A program made the translations under genes and the position numbers. The notes under the pieces were generated by a model, which was not told the DNA's origin, ran no database searches, and saw only the letters and a program-made list of their open reading frames with translations. Shown here one piece after another: positions 40,130 to 50,293 of a DNA stretch of 64,000 bases (positions within the stretch are counted from its first letter, which is position 1; every line of letters begins with the position of its first letter). The stretch is taken from contig JBHLNS010000006.1 of NCBI GenBank assembly GCA_048941285.1, forward strand, positions 32,001-96,000. Reading direction: 5' to 3'. The DNA comes from Promethearchaeota archaeon. GTDB lineage: Archaea > Asgardarchaeota > Lokiarchaeia > Sigyniarchaeales > SOKP01.

Positions 40130-41419
40130 ATGGAAAAAAGTTTTGAATTGGAGAATCGAGTTATACCAATTAGGATGCTTTATGAATCTATTTCAGCTAC
40201 TCACCAATTAGTTGAAGGAATCCTTCCTGAAAATGGAATACCAGAATTGAGAATAGCTCTTGACAAAGTAAAATCGGTTTTAAAGAAAAATCTCACAAAA
40301 GCAAAAGAAGGGTTGCCAATCGTAGGATACCATTTTGCGATTCCTGCTGAATATCTCTCCTGTTTTGATTGTGTTCCCGTATGCCTTGAAGGAACCGGTT
40401 ATTATTTGTCAACACTATTATTGGATGGTGTAGAGAAATACTATGATTTAATGATAAATTGGGGCCATCCCTTTCATACATGTACAGCACAAAAGGGTCC
40501 AATGGGAATGGCCTTAGATGACTTATTTCAATTTGATGCAATATTTACACCTACTGCCCCTTGTGATAACACATGTGCATCCTATCCATTTTTTAGATTA
40601 GAAAAAAAATTCCCCTTAATAATTGCTGATATGCCATTTCGTATAAATGAGAAGAGTTATGAATATTATGGCAACCAAATTAAGCAAAGTTTATATGAAA
40701 TAGGGAGGGTGATAGGTCAAGAACCAGATTTTGAAAAGATGAAAACTCATATTGAAATTGAAAACCGAGTACAGCAAATTAGATTTGAAATATTTGAGTT
40801 GACTAAAGCTATTCCTAGCCCTATTTCAAATATCTATAACGCAGTTTCTGCAGGTACATTCATTCTTGTTTCTGGGACACAAGAAAATTTAGCTTTTTAT
40901 GAAGAAGTGTTAGAGATTGTGAAAAAAAGATATAAAGCTAAAAAACATCATGGAGGTGAGGAAAAAATAAGATCTATTTGGCCTTATATGGTAACTTATT
41001 TTGACATGTCTTTATGTGAATGGTTGGATCGAGAATTGGGTATGAGTGTACTTTTTGATATTTTCAACTATAATTTTTCAGAACCAATAAATACAGCATC
41101 AGATTTGGATACCATGTTTTTTGATATGGCAAGAAAAAGCATGGGATGGCCCATGGTAAAGCAATCTACTGATTTTTATTATAATTCGCTCGAAAATTGT
41201 CTTAATATGGCCAAGGAATTCAGTGCGGATTGTTTTATTTACACCCAGAGTTTGGCTTGTAAACAGTTTGGCTCCTTTCCACAATTATTAAGAGAAGCTC
41301 TTATGGATGAATTGGGAATTCCAATGTTACTTATTGAATTTGATGTTGGAGATAAACGTTTTACTCCATTAAAGGTCATTAAAGAAAAAATTAAACTGTT
41401 TGCTCAGACTCTAATGTGA
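40130..41419 (+). CDS. 2-hydroxyacyl-CoA dehydratase subunit (HgdA/HadB/BcrB-like)
   Basis: HTC, PCD, ACKQ, LGIP.L.IE.D..D. Confidence 0.87.
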   Translation: MEKSFELENRVIPIRMLYESISATHQLVEGILPENGIPELRIALDKVKSVLKKNLTKAKEGLPIVGYHFAIPAEYLSCFDCVPVCLEGTGYYLSTLLLDGVEKYYDLMINWGHPFHTCTAQKGPMGMALDDLFQFDAIFTPTAPCDNTCASYPFFRLEKKFPLIIADMPFRINEKSYEYYGNQIKQSLYEIGRVIGQEPDFEKMKTHIEIENRVQQIRFEIFELTKAIPSPISNIYNAVSAGTFILVSGTQENLAFYEEVLEIVKKRYKAKKHHGGEEKIRSIWPYMVTYFDMSLCEWLDRELGMSVLFDIFNYNFSEPINTASDLDTMFFDMARKSMGWPMVKQSTDFYYNSLENCLNMAKEFSADCFIYTQSLACKQFGSFPQLLREALMDELGIPMLLIEFDVGDKRFTPLKVIKEKIKLFAQTLM

Positions 41420-41519
41420 GTTTAAAATTATAAATATAAGAATTTTAAATATAATAATTATTATAACAAATTATTTTCTTAAAACTTGAATTATTTTAAT
41501 TTGAATAAGGTTTCCAAAA

Positions 41520-42995
41520 ATGATTGAACGTAAAGTAATATCAGAATTAGAGCAAATTGTCGGAGAAAAGTATGTTTCGGATGAGCCTGAAATACAATTT
41601 CTTTATCATTATGATTTTATAACTGCAGAACCTGAGGGCAAATGTGATATAGCAATTATGCCAAAAGTAGCCGAAGAAGTTCAAGATATTGTTAAAATTG
41701 CTAATAAATATAAAATTCCAATAGTTCCTTGGGTTTCTGGAATAAATTTTGGTTCTATTGCAACCCCTCGAAAAGGAGGGATTGTTGTTGATTTAAGGCG
41801 CATGAATCGAGTACTTGAAGTCAATGAAGATGATATGTATATCGTTGTGGAAGGAGGAATTACTTGGGCTGATTTAAAAGGATATTTAGATAAATACCAT
41901 CCTAATTTTAGAGCAGGAATAACTTTTTCACCTCCTGGGACGGGGGTTATTCCGTCATGTTTGTGTTATGGGATGTTTGATCTTGGAATGTTAGGTGGAA
42001 CTGGAGCAGAATTTATAAATGGAATGGAAGTTGTATTAGGTTCTGGCGAATTAATAAAGGTGGGGTCTTGTAGCCTTTCAAATCATTGGTATGGGAGACA
42101 ACCATTACCTGATCTAGCTGGATTATTTATAGGGTGGGAAGGAGGCACAGGCATAGTTACTAAAGGTGCTATTAAACTATGGCCTAAATTACCCTATCGA
42201 ACAGATTACATGCCTATTGGCTCCAAAGTGGAAATTGGAGTCCCTATGATGCTTAAGCTTTCAAAAGCAGGTTTAGGAATCTGTGATCTTGTTTTTCTTA
42301 ATATGGGGTGGACGCAAGCTATGCAGGGTTTTTCTGAAAAGAATGTAGCTATAGATCCAGTTGCTTTAGGGCTACCAGATTTCTTAGGACTCATAACGAC
42401 TCAAGCATTTACAGAAGATCAACATAAAGCACAGTGTAAAGCTATTGAAACTATTTGTAGAGAATATAAGATCGATCCTTTACCTTCTGATATTCAACTA
42501 AAAACCTTTCCAAAAGATATGAGAGGAATCTTTAACGATTTAACTCCCGCCACAGGAGGTCAAACTCCATTTCAAGGATGGGGTTGTTGGAATTTTAGTC
42601 GAGGTGGGGGTGGTGAATGGATAGGGTCTTATTGTTCTACACGCGACATTGTAAAATATTATAGTTTATCAAGAGAAGTTTGTCTCAGGCATGGTAAACC
42701 ACCACAATTTTATAGCAGAATTCTATTTGGGGGTCATTATTGCGTTGCTCGCACTAACGTATGCTTTAATAAAAACGATCCCGAGGATATTAAAAAAGCA
42801 AGATTAGTATTAAAAGAAATTCATGATGTTGTCCAGCAGTTAGATGGCGTTATAATGTATAAAGCCCCTTTATGGGTAGTAGAATATTATAAGAATAAAA
42901 CTCATCCTGCTACAACTAAATTGATTGAAAAACTTAAAAATCTTCTTGATCCTAATGGAATAATGAATCCAGGTCATGGAATTGGAGGTGAATGA
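41520..42995 (+). CDS. FAD-binding oxidoreductase (GlcD / D-2-hydroxyacid dehydrogenase family)
   Basis: GGIVVDLRRMN, EVVL.SG, G.EG..GIVT, LDPNGIMNPG. Confidence 0.9.
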   Translation: MIERKVISELEQIVGEKYVSDEPEIQFLYHYDFITAEPEGKCDIAIMPKVAEEVQDIVKIANKYKIPIVPWVSGINFGSIATPRKGGIVVDLRRMNRVLEVNEDDMYIVVEGGITWADLKGYLDKYHPNFRAGITFSPPGTGVIPSCLCYGMFDLGMLGGTGAEFINGMEVVLGSGELIKVGSCSLSNHWYGRQPLPDLAGLFIGWEGGTGIVTKGAIKLWPKLPYRTDYMPIGSKVEIGVPMMLKLSKAGLGICDLVFLNMGWTQAMQGFSEKNVAIDPVALGLPDFLGLITTQAFTEDQHKAQCKAIETICREYKIDPLPSDIQLKTFPKDMRGIFNDLTPATGGQTPFQGWGCWNFSRGGGGEWIGSYCSTRDIVKYYSLSREVCLRHGKPPQFYSRILFGGHYCVARTNVCFNKNDPEDIKKARLVLKEIHDVVQQLDGVIMYKAPLWVVEYYKNKTHPATTKLIEKLKNLLDPNGIMNPGHGIGGE

Positions 42996-44247
42996 GTTGG
43001 AGAAAGAAAAGAATTTGAAATATATTAAGGGTACAGGAATAACTGAATTAGAAATATTTGCAGATCGAATTTCATTAGAAAGAAATAAAACTTTAGATTA
43101 TTATAAAGATATTTTATATCAGTGTGGAAAGTGTGGAACATGTAGGACTGGATTTCAAGAAGAAGGTTGGTATCGCGTTTGTCCCTCTGGAGAATATGGA
43201 AAATTCGAAGCCTACTACTTAGGAGGGAAAAATCTACTTTCTTGGGCAGTTTCATCAGATCGATTGAATTGGACTGAAAATCTATCAAAAATATTTTATA
43301 AATGTTCTCTATGCTTAGCTTGTACTCAACAATGTCAAATCCCAGAAATCCATCATTATGCTGGAGAATGGCTAATGGCAATGAGAGAGGAAGCTGTTCA
43401 AAGAGGCTTAGGACCCATGCCAGAACAAATTAGATATTCGGAACACATTGCATCAGAATATAATCCTTATATGGAACGGCATAAAGATCGCACAAATTGG
43501 TTATCATCAACTATTAAACAAAATCAAAATGCAAAATTAGCATATTTTGTGGGTTGTACCACTAGTTATAGGGAGCAAAATATTGCTAAAGCTACTGCTG
43601 AAATATTAAATTCAATTCAAACTGATTTTAAAATTATAAAAGATGAACATTGTTGTGGCTCACCTGTATATATGACTGGTCAAACTGCTCAAGCAAAAAA
43701 AATTGCTGAAAGCAATGTAGAGATTTTTAAAAAGGAAGGAATCGAAAAGATTATTACTTCTTGTGCTGGTTGCTATCGAACCTTGAAAGAAATGTATCCT
43801 AAGAAATTTGGACTCGATCATGGTATTGAGATACTTCATTTACCAGAGTTCTTATTAGAGAAATTAAATGATAATGAGATAAAATTTAATAATAATCTAA
43901 ACATGAAAGTAACTTACCACGATCCATGCCATATAGGTCGCCATATGGGAATCTATGAACCCCCTAGAGAAGTATTAAAAAATATTCCTGGGATTGAATT
44001 GATAGAAATGTCAAGAAACCGACAAAATGCTTGGTGTTGTGGTTCTGGGGGGGGTGTGAGGTCCGCGTTTAAAGATTTATCTAGTTTTGCAGCGAAAGAA
44101 AGAATTGAGGAAGCGAAAGAGAGTAATGCTGAAGCACTTGTATCTTGCTGCCCGTTCTGCTTAAATCAATTCAAATCAAATATTAAAAACAATGAAATCA
44201 AAACTTATGATCTTTCAGAATTAGTACATAAAGCAATTAAGAGTTAA
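42976..44247 (+). CDS. GlcF/HdrD-like Fe-S oxidoreductase (CCG domains)
   Basis: CGKCGTC, CSLCLACTQQC, EHCCG, YHDPCHIGR, CCGSGGG, CPFC; likely start is TTG 42997 after GGAGGTGA. Confidence 0.9.
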   Translation: MELEVNELEKEKNLKYIKGTGITELEIFADRISLERNKTLDYYKDILYQCGKCGTCRTGFQEEGWYRVCPSGEYGKFEAYYLGGKNLLSWAVSSDRLNWTENLSKIFYKCSLCLACTQQCQIPEIHHYAGEWLMAMREEAVQRGLGPMPEQIRYSEHIASEYNPYMERHKDRTNWLSSTIKQNQNAKLAYFVGCTTSYREQNIAKATAEILNSIQTDFKIIKDEHCCGSPVYMTGQTAQAKKIAESNVEIFKKEGIEKIITSCAGCYRTLKEMYPKKFGLDHGIEILHLPEFLLEKLNDNEIKFNNNLNMKVTYHDPCHIGRHMGIYEPPREVLKNIPGIELIEMSRNRQNAWCCGSGGGVRSAFKDLSSFAAKERIEEAKESNAEALVSCCPFCLNQFKSNIKNNEIKTYDLSELVHKAIKS

Positions 44248-44299
44248 AACTATTAATCTTCTTTTTTTATTATTTTTATAGAACTTTAATTTAAATTAT

Positions 44300-45082
44300 A
44301 TGAAACTCAAATTATTTCTAGAATTTCTCAATAATTTGCGAAATTTTATAGACTCTGAATCCCAAAAAGGGAAAAAAGTATTTATTTATGAAAAAAAATC
44401 AGATCCTCTTAAATTCTTTGAAAATTTACAAATCAAAGTAGGATTAGACAAACATAAAGATATAATTCTTGAAGGTGAAACTACACTTGAGTTAGGAGGT
44501 ATTAAAAGAAAGTCTTTTTCTTTAATTTATTCCTTCTCAAACCTAGATTTCATAAATCATATAAATAACGGAAGAATTACATTAATTGGACCAGAAAGTA
44601 AAGATATACTTGATTTGTCTACGAATTTTGGTATGATAATCCTAATTGGGGTAAGATATATTGCTGAAAAAGATTATGTGTCTCTAAAACAATTTAATTT
44701 AATATCTAATGGTATTGAAGGATTTTTAATAAGGACTATTCCTAGAAAATTTTGGTGTCGAATAAGCGAGAATATAAGACCGCATTTTTCATTCGAATTT
44801 TTAGGAAATGCAATTTTCTATTTATATAAACAAAGATTTAAAGATTTAATCAGATCTATGGAAATTTTTTTTGTAAATTCCTATCCCGATGTAATTGAGG
44901 AAATAATAGAAATTTCCTCCAAAATTTCCATTTCTCAAAATAAGAAATGGTTAAAGAAAATTGAAGAATGGAAAAAAAGAATCTATTGTGAGTATGATTG
45001 GGGATGCGAAATCTGCCCTTATCAGGAAGAATGTTATGGAATCAAACAAGTTTTAGTTGAAAGAGAAAAAATTGAAAAATAA
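44300..45082 (+). CDS. short CdhC/acetyl-CoA synthase beta-subunit-like protein
   Basis: T.LELGG...SF, GRITLIGP, EGF.IR..P...W.R.S, terminal C....C..C....C; adjacent to CooC. Confidence 0.5.
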   Translation: MKLKLFLEFLNNLRNFIDSESQKGKKVFIYEKKSDPLKFFENLQIKVGLDKHKDIILEGETTLELGGIKRKSFSLIYSFSNLDFINHINNGRITLIGPESKDILDLSTNFGMIILIGVRYIAEKDYVSLKQFNLISNGIEGFLIRTIPRKFWCRISENIRPHFSFEFLGNAIFYLYKQRFKDLIRSMEIFFVNSYPDVIEEIIEISSKISISQNKKWLKKIEEWKKRIYCEYDWGCEICPYQEECYGIKQVLVEREKIEK

Positions 45083-45109
45083 TATAAAAGGATTTTTGGT
45101 ACCCTCGAT

Positions 45110-45892
45110 ATGAAAAATGTAAATCATTTTAACAAGCCATTAACAATTTCAGTTGTAGGGAAGGGAGGTTCTGGTAAAACAGTTATAACAGCTCTCTTAG
45201 CTAAAAGTATTTCAAAATTGTATAAATTTAAAACGTTATTGATTGATGCAGATCCAACACATCCACATTTGAGTCATATGGTGAATTTAATCCCAGAAAA
45301 GAGTCTTGAAAGATTAAGGACTGAAGTTATAGATGAAATTTTAACTAAAGCAAAGGATTTCGAAAAAGTAGCGGAAAATATTGATTTTGAGGTTTATAAT
45401 GCTATTGCTGAAAGTAAACATTTTAGTTTGTTCTCTATAGGACAACCAGAGGGACCGGGGTGTTTTTGTCCTTCAAATACTCTTTTACGAAAGGTTATTG
45501 GATCGATTTCTAAGGATTTTGATTTGGTAATTATTGACTGTGAAGCGGGACTTGAACAGATCAACCGAATGGTAATAGAATCTGTAGACATTCTCTTAAT
45601 TGTATCTGATATATCAATGAGAAGTATTGAGACGGCGGCTGCTATACGTGAAAGTGCGAAGAAATTCACTCATTATAAAAAATTAGGGCTTATTTTAAAT
45701 CGAGTTAAAGGGAATATACATCAAATAAAACAAAAATTAAAAGATTTAAATTTACCTCTTCTAGGAGAAATTCCAGAAGACAATGAAATCTCTGAAATTG
45801 AATTAAAGGGTAAACCAATAATAGATATACCAGAAAAATCAAAAAGTTTTATTGCTTTAAATAAATTAGTTGATAACATTTTAGATTTTTAA
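45110..45892 (+). CDS. cooC: CooC/AcsF-type nickel-insertion ATPase
   Basis: GKGGSGKT, IDADP, GPGCFCP, DCEAGLE. Confidence 0.88.
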   Translation: MKNVNHFNKPLTISVVGKGGSGKTVITALLAKSISKLYKFKTLLIDADPTHPHLSHMVNLIPEKSLERLRTEVIDEILTKAKDFEKVAENIDFEVYNAIAESKHFSLFSIGQPEGPGCFCPSNTLLRKVIGSISKDFDLVIIDCEAGLEQINRMVIESVDILLIVSDISMRSIETAAAIRESAKKFTHYKKLGLILNRVKGNIHQIKQKLKDLNLPLLGEIPEDNEISEIELKGKPIIDIPEKSKSFIALNKLVDNILDF

Positions 45893-45978
45893 TTTTAAAA
45901 TCTCTTAATGACTAAAACAGCATATCTAGTGTCTCTAATCTCAATACATCCTAAGAATCTTAACTTCAAAGATTTTTA

Positions 45979-46010
45979 AAAAAAGTTCGAAAAGTGCACC
46001 TCAAATCTTA
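45979..46010 (+). promoter_or_regulatory. duplicated promoter-proximal motif, copy 1
   Basis: AAAAAAGTTCGAAAAGTGCACCTCAAATCTTA; 26/32 identical to 47763-47794. Confidence 0.6.
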
Positions 46011-46056
46011 ATAATCATAATCTCATAAATTAAAATCAAAAGAGATTAGAAATAAA

Positions 46057-47133
46057 ATGAATTCAAAGAAGCCAACCCTAAAGAAATATATTTTTATTAC
46101 TATTGCTTTTATTATAATTTTTTCAAACGGAAATAAAGTATGTGGAGATTTAAATATATATCCACGAAAGATCGGACAATTTAGCACTCCATTTGCTTGG
46201 GATGTTGTGGTTATCGACGATATAGCCTATATCGGAAGTAATGAAGAAGGGCTCCAAATTATTAATGTTTCTGATTCCCGCTATCCAATTGAGTTGGGAC
46301 ACATTAACCTGGGAGTAACTCATAGTATCGATGTTCTTAAAGGAGTTGCTTATTTAGCAAATTATTTTAATGGTTTACAAATAGTTAATGTATCAAATCC
46401 CCTAAATCCAATTAAAATAAGTGATTTTCATGATGGAGGACACATTTTTGATGTTTCTACTAATGAGGATCTTGTTTATATAGTAAGTGCAGAAAACGGG
46501 CTTGAAATTATAAACTGTAGTGATATTAGAAATCCAAATAAAATTGGTGAGTATAATGATGGCGGTTTGCCTAATGGCGTTTTCATTAAAGATGATCTAG
46601 CTTATATAGCAGAATATCATGCAGGGCTTGAGATAATAAATATTTCCGATCCATACAATCCTTTCGAAATTGGAGGATGCTTTATCGGGGAAGGGGCTTA
46701 TAGTGTTGATGTTGTAGAGAATCTTGCTTACTTATGTTATAGCTCATATGGATTAGAGATCATAGATGTAAGTGATCCATTCCAACCGATTACTATAGGA
46801 TCATTTGATAATGGAGGTAATGTTTATTTTGCTTTTATTTCAGATGACTTAGCTTTTATCTCAGATGATGTAGATGGGTTCGAACTTGTTAATGTAAGTG
46901 ATCCTACTAATCCTTGGAAGATATGTGGATTTAATGACGGAGGACACACAAGAAATTTATTTGTTGATAATAATATTGTGTTTTTAACTGATTTAGACCA
47001 TGGATTAGAAATCCTCGAACTATCAGATGTTCCACCAAGTAAAGATCCAAATTTTATACTCCCCTCAATAATAATTACTATTTTGACAGGTGTGATTTTG
47101 GTAATAATTATTATATATAGACATAAAAAATAG
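46057..47133 (+). CDS. LVIVD-repeat surface protein
   Basis: About 7 repeats of AY.A....GL.I.NVS.P..P..IG; signal peptide and C-terminal TM. Confidence 0.9.
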   Translation: MNSKKPTLKKYIFITIAFIIIFSNGNKVCGDLNIYPRKIGQFSTPFAWDVVVIDDIAYIGSNEEGLQIINVSDSRYPIELGHINLGVTHSIDVLKGVAYLANYFNGLQIVNVSNPLNPIKISDFHDGGHIFDVSTNEDLVYIVSAENGLEIINCSDIRNPNKIGEYNDGGLPNGVFIKDDLAYIAEYHAGLEIINISDPYNPFEIGGCFIGEGAYSVDVVENLAYLCYSSYGLEIIDVSDPFQPITIGSFDNGGNVYFAFISDDLAFISDDVDGFELVNVSDPTNPWKICGFNDGGHTRNLFVDNNIVFLTDLDHGLEILELSDVPPSKDPNFILPSIIITILTGVILVIIIIYRHKK

Positions 47134-47179
47134 AATAAACATGTATCTAAAAATATTTTAAGGATATTGGTGTGATGAG

Positions 47180-47695
47180 TTGAATTTTTTCAAAAGAAAT
47201 GTTAAAGTCCTGCCAATTATTGGGGGTTTTTTAGCAATAATCTCTATACTAATGCCAACATCTTTTCATACTGAAATAGGAAATACTTACTTTGTATGGA
47301 TAAATCAACTGTACTTAAGAATTGATCCAACTCCTATTGCTATTGGATTGTTGAGAACTGATCTTACATTAGTTATTTTTTCTATAACATTTGGATTAAT
47401 AATAGTTTCAAGTTCTGTAACAATAATTACTGCAACATTGTTATGTAAAAAATTTTCAAAAATTCTAAGCGAAAATAAAAAAATTTGGATAACAGTAGCA
47501 TTATTAATCGCGATTTCAACTTTATCTTGGATTATAATGATGGAAGTTTTTTATATGATTTATGGATATAACCATTGGATTACTAGTGGAGGTGGGTATA
47601 TTCCTTATTTCGGAGTGATAGGGCCTTTTATAGGAACAATCATTATTATTATAGGTGTTCTATTCGACAAAAATTCGAATCGTTCAATAAATTAA
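47180..47695 (+). CDS. four-TM membrane protein
   Basis: 171 aa hydrophobic ORF with a GGTG RBS. Confidence 0.7.
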   Translation: MNFFKRNVKVLPIIGGFLAIISILMPTSFHTEIGNTYFVWINQLYLRIDPTPIAIGLLRTDLTLVIFSITFGLIIVSSSVTIITATLLCKKFSKILSENKKIWITVALLIAISTLSWIIMMEVFYMIYGYNHWITSGGGYIPYFGVIGPFIGTIIIIIGVLFDKNSNRSIN

Positions 47696-47762
47696 AATCG
47701 TAGAGATCCTATTTTTTTGGATATATTCTTTTTTATCTTTTTTATTTAGAGCCCAAGTATTA

Positions 47763-47794
47763 AAAAAAGTTCTATAAGTGGACCTTAAACCTTT
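47763..47794 (+). promoter_or_regulatory. duplicated promoter-proximal motif, copy 2
   Basis: AAAAAAGTTCTATAAGTGGACCTTAAACCTTT, running into a TTTAAA TATA-like box. Confidence 0.6.
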
Positions 47795-47851
47795 AAAAAT
47801 AGAATTTTTTCATATTTAATAACAATAATTACAAATTTAAAGTGAATATAA

Positions 47852-48445
47852 ATGAAAAGTAATAGAGATAAGATTAAAGGTAAAGTATATTCAATCTCAA
47901 CAAGTATTTCTTCATATTTAATTCCATTTTTTCAATATGTGCCATGTACTGCAGTTTGGTTTGGTATAATGAGTGTACCATTATTTGCTTATTTATCATT
48001 ATATTTTCAAAATCCTGGAATTTTAGTATATGATCTTGCATTTATATTTGGAACTTATGAAATTTATATTATATTGTTTGGATTAACAATCTTTGTTATT
48101 TCTCTCATCTATCAATTGACTCATAGAAAACAATTAATCCGAGCAGGACCATATAAATACGTAAGGCATCCTCAATATCTTGGTGTTATTATTATAACTT
48201 TTGGAATGACGTTAATCGCTTTTCAAACAAGTCCTATATTCAATTTTAACTTAGGATATCTTAATGGTTATACGGTATTACTATATATATGGATTGGTGA
48301 AATATTAGCATATATTGTATTAGCAAAGATTGAAGAATTTGCTTTAAAAGCTAAATACGGAGATGATTTCATGGAATATTGCAACCATGTTGCTTTTATG
48401 ATTCCGTTCTTTAAATTAAAAAGAAATAAAACAGAGAATACATAA
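47852..48445 (+). CDS. ICMT/PEMT family membrane methyltransferase
   Basis: GPYKYVRHPQY; EE..L...YG..F.EY...V..MIP. Confidence 0.85.
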   Translation: MKSNRDKIKGKVYSISTSISSYLIPFFQYVPCTAVWFGIMSVPLFAYLSLYFQNPGILVYDLAFIFGTYEIYIILFGLTIFVISLIYQLTHRKQLIRAGPYKYVRHPQYLGVIIITFGMTLIAFQTSPIFNFNLGYLNGYTVLLYIWIGEILAYIVLAKIEEFALKAKYGDDFMEYCNHVAFMIPFFKLKRNKTENT

Positions 48446-48454
48446 ATCATATTA

Positions 48455-49183
48455 TTGATGAAAAGACTAAAAAAAGAAATGAAAGATAAAAGATTTAATC
48501 GCTTAGTATTAAAAAAATTCGGAATTTTACTTTTTTCTCTCACATTATTATCAATTGTTTTAATTCAGATAATTTTATTATATGAAGCAGTTTTAGCACC
48601 CACAGAAGTCATTAATCTAGCTATCATAGTAATATCAGTTTTGATATCAGCAGTATTATCAATTACCATATTTGAAATTCTTACAATAAAAGAATATAAA
48701 GGATATTTTATAAAGAGAAGATTTATCAAAAAGGGAAAATCTTATTTAACTCTTACAGATATATTCGAAAATGAAAATCGTATAAATATTTTAACTCAAA
48801 TTTTAAATAATCCTGGAATCCATCAAAATGAATTGTTAAGAAGCTGTGATCTTCAAAAAGGTCAATTACAATGGCATTTAGATGTTTTATTAAATTATCG
48901 TATTATAAAAAAAGAAAAACATGGACAATATACTATTTATTTTCCTATTACAAGTTCAATTGAATCGATTGAAAACTTTAAAAGTCTGCCAACTAAATCA
49001 GAAACAACCTTAAAAATTTTAGAAATTATTGAAAATAATCCAGGAATTACATCATCTGAAATTGCAAAGAAAACTAATCTTGCTAGAAATACTATTAAAT
49101 ACCATATAGATAAATTATCAGAGAGCAATTTAATCTCATTTAAGGAAAAGGGGAGAAAAATAGAATTATACCCAAAACAATGA
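48455..49183 (+). CDS. membrane-anchored tandem winged-helix transcription regulator
   Basis: Two N-terminal TM helices; two wHTH units (NPGIH..EL...WHL; NPGIT.SEIA...YH). Confidence 0.85.
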   Translation: MMKRLKKEMKDKRFNRLVLKKFGILLFSLTLLSIVLIQIILLYEAVLAPTEVINLAIIVISVLISAVLSITIFEILTIKEYKGYFIKRRFIKKGKSYLTLTDIFENENRINILTQILNNPGIHQNELLRSCDLQKGQLQWHLDVLLNYRIIKKEKHGQYTIYFPITSSIESIENFKSLPTKSETTLKILEIIENNPGITSSEIAKKTNLARNTIKYHIDKLSESNLISFKEKGRKIELYPKQ

Positions 49184-49399
49184 AATATATAGTAATTATG
49201 AATCCAACAATTTGTGATTTTATTTTGTCTTAATAATTCCAATTGAATAAATTCATCAAAAATCTCCCGCATACATTAAGAAGAAATTCTAACTATAAGC
49301 CTTTTTATAATTAACAAGAATAAAAAAGTAAAGAATTTAGATTTGAATAATCTAAATTTTATTATATTCTCTTTTTTTAAATATTTTTCAAAATAGAAA

Positions 49400-50281
49400 T
49401 TAAGTGTTTAGTAATTTTGGGAATTTATTTTGCTTTGCCAATTCTTTTTGAATTATTTTATCCAATAGATCTTCTCGCTCCTTACCTGAAAGAACCTCTA
49501 ATTTTCTAATTCCTAATGGGTCAACTTCTTCTCTTAATAGCTTAATTTCTTTTACTGTTGGCGGTTCCGTTTCTTTCAACTTATCTGGAATGATTAATTC
49601 AAATCCAGTCGATTGAATCACAGTATTGAGTTCAATATTTGGATGAATTGATCCTACTCTCATTTTTTTAGTATTATCATCAAAATCTAAATAAGCAAGA
49701 TTTGTAATAACACACTGTGGTCCTGATCCACCACATATTGAAGGTTTTCCATCGGGAAATCCCACCCCAGATATAAAAAAAAGATTTTCAGTTGGGACAA
49801 ACGTCCTTGAATCATGTCGGGGTGTATAAAGGAAAGACCCACGAGCATAAAACATACTAAAATCGAGTATTCCAGCAGCTCCAGGAAGTCTTATTTTTGG
49901 TTTATTCCAATCCCCTATACAGATATTATTACTGTTTCCATATTGGTCAATCTGAGCAGGCCTAAAAAACTCAATAGTAGTAAGTTTATCTGAAGGGAGA
50001 GACTCTAATGTGCATTCTACACTATCTTGGAATCGATACGCTCGGGCTGTGTTCATCTCGAGATATAATAAAGATACTTGGCGAGGTTCCATCACAAAAG
50101 TGTTCCCCATTATATAATGATATATTGCATCGGGTGCATTGGTCAATTTAGCTAAGGTAAATGCTGCCCATACCATAGGAGTTGCTACACCAACTATCAT
50201 TACATCATCATTTCTAACTTCTCGAGCCATTAAAACAGTCATCATTTCATCTATAGTATAGTCCTTTGAATATTCATTCAT
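49400..50281 (-). CDS. class I CoA-transferase-fold protein, beta subunit (GctB/IpdB-like)
   Basis: AQIDQYGN.N, RLPG..G, H..R.FV, P..VITNL; the canonical ESG glutamate appears absent. Confidence 0.87.
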   Translation of the reverse strand: MNEYSKDYTIDEMMTVLMAREVRNDDVMIVGVATPMVWAAFTLAKLTNAPDAIYHYIMGNTFVMEPRQVSLLYLEMNTARAYRFQDSVECTLESLPSDKLTTIEFFRPAQIDQYGNSNNICIGDWNKPKIRLPGAAGILDFSMFYARGSFLYTPRHDSRTFVPTENLFFISGVGFPDGKPSICGGSGPQCVITNLAYLDFDDNTKKMRVGSIHPNIELNTVIQSTGFELIIPDKLKETEPPTVKEIKLLREEVDPLGIRKLEVLSGKEREDLLDKIIQKELAKQNKFPKLLNT

Positions 50282-50293
50282 GATCTTTTCCTC

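Noticed and set aside
46200-47030. Periodic ~130 bp sequence similarity
   Set aside because: Explained by LVIVD protein repeats
49244-49255. TGAATAAATTCA copy of the 51240 palindrome core
   Set aside because: It lies between convergent gene ends, and AT-rich palindromes of this length are expected by chance
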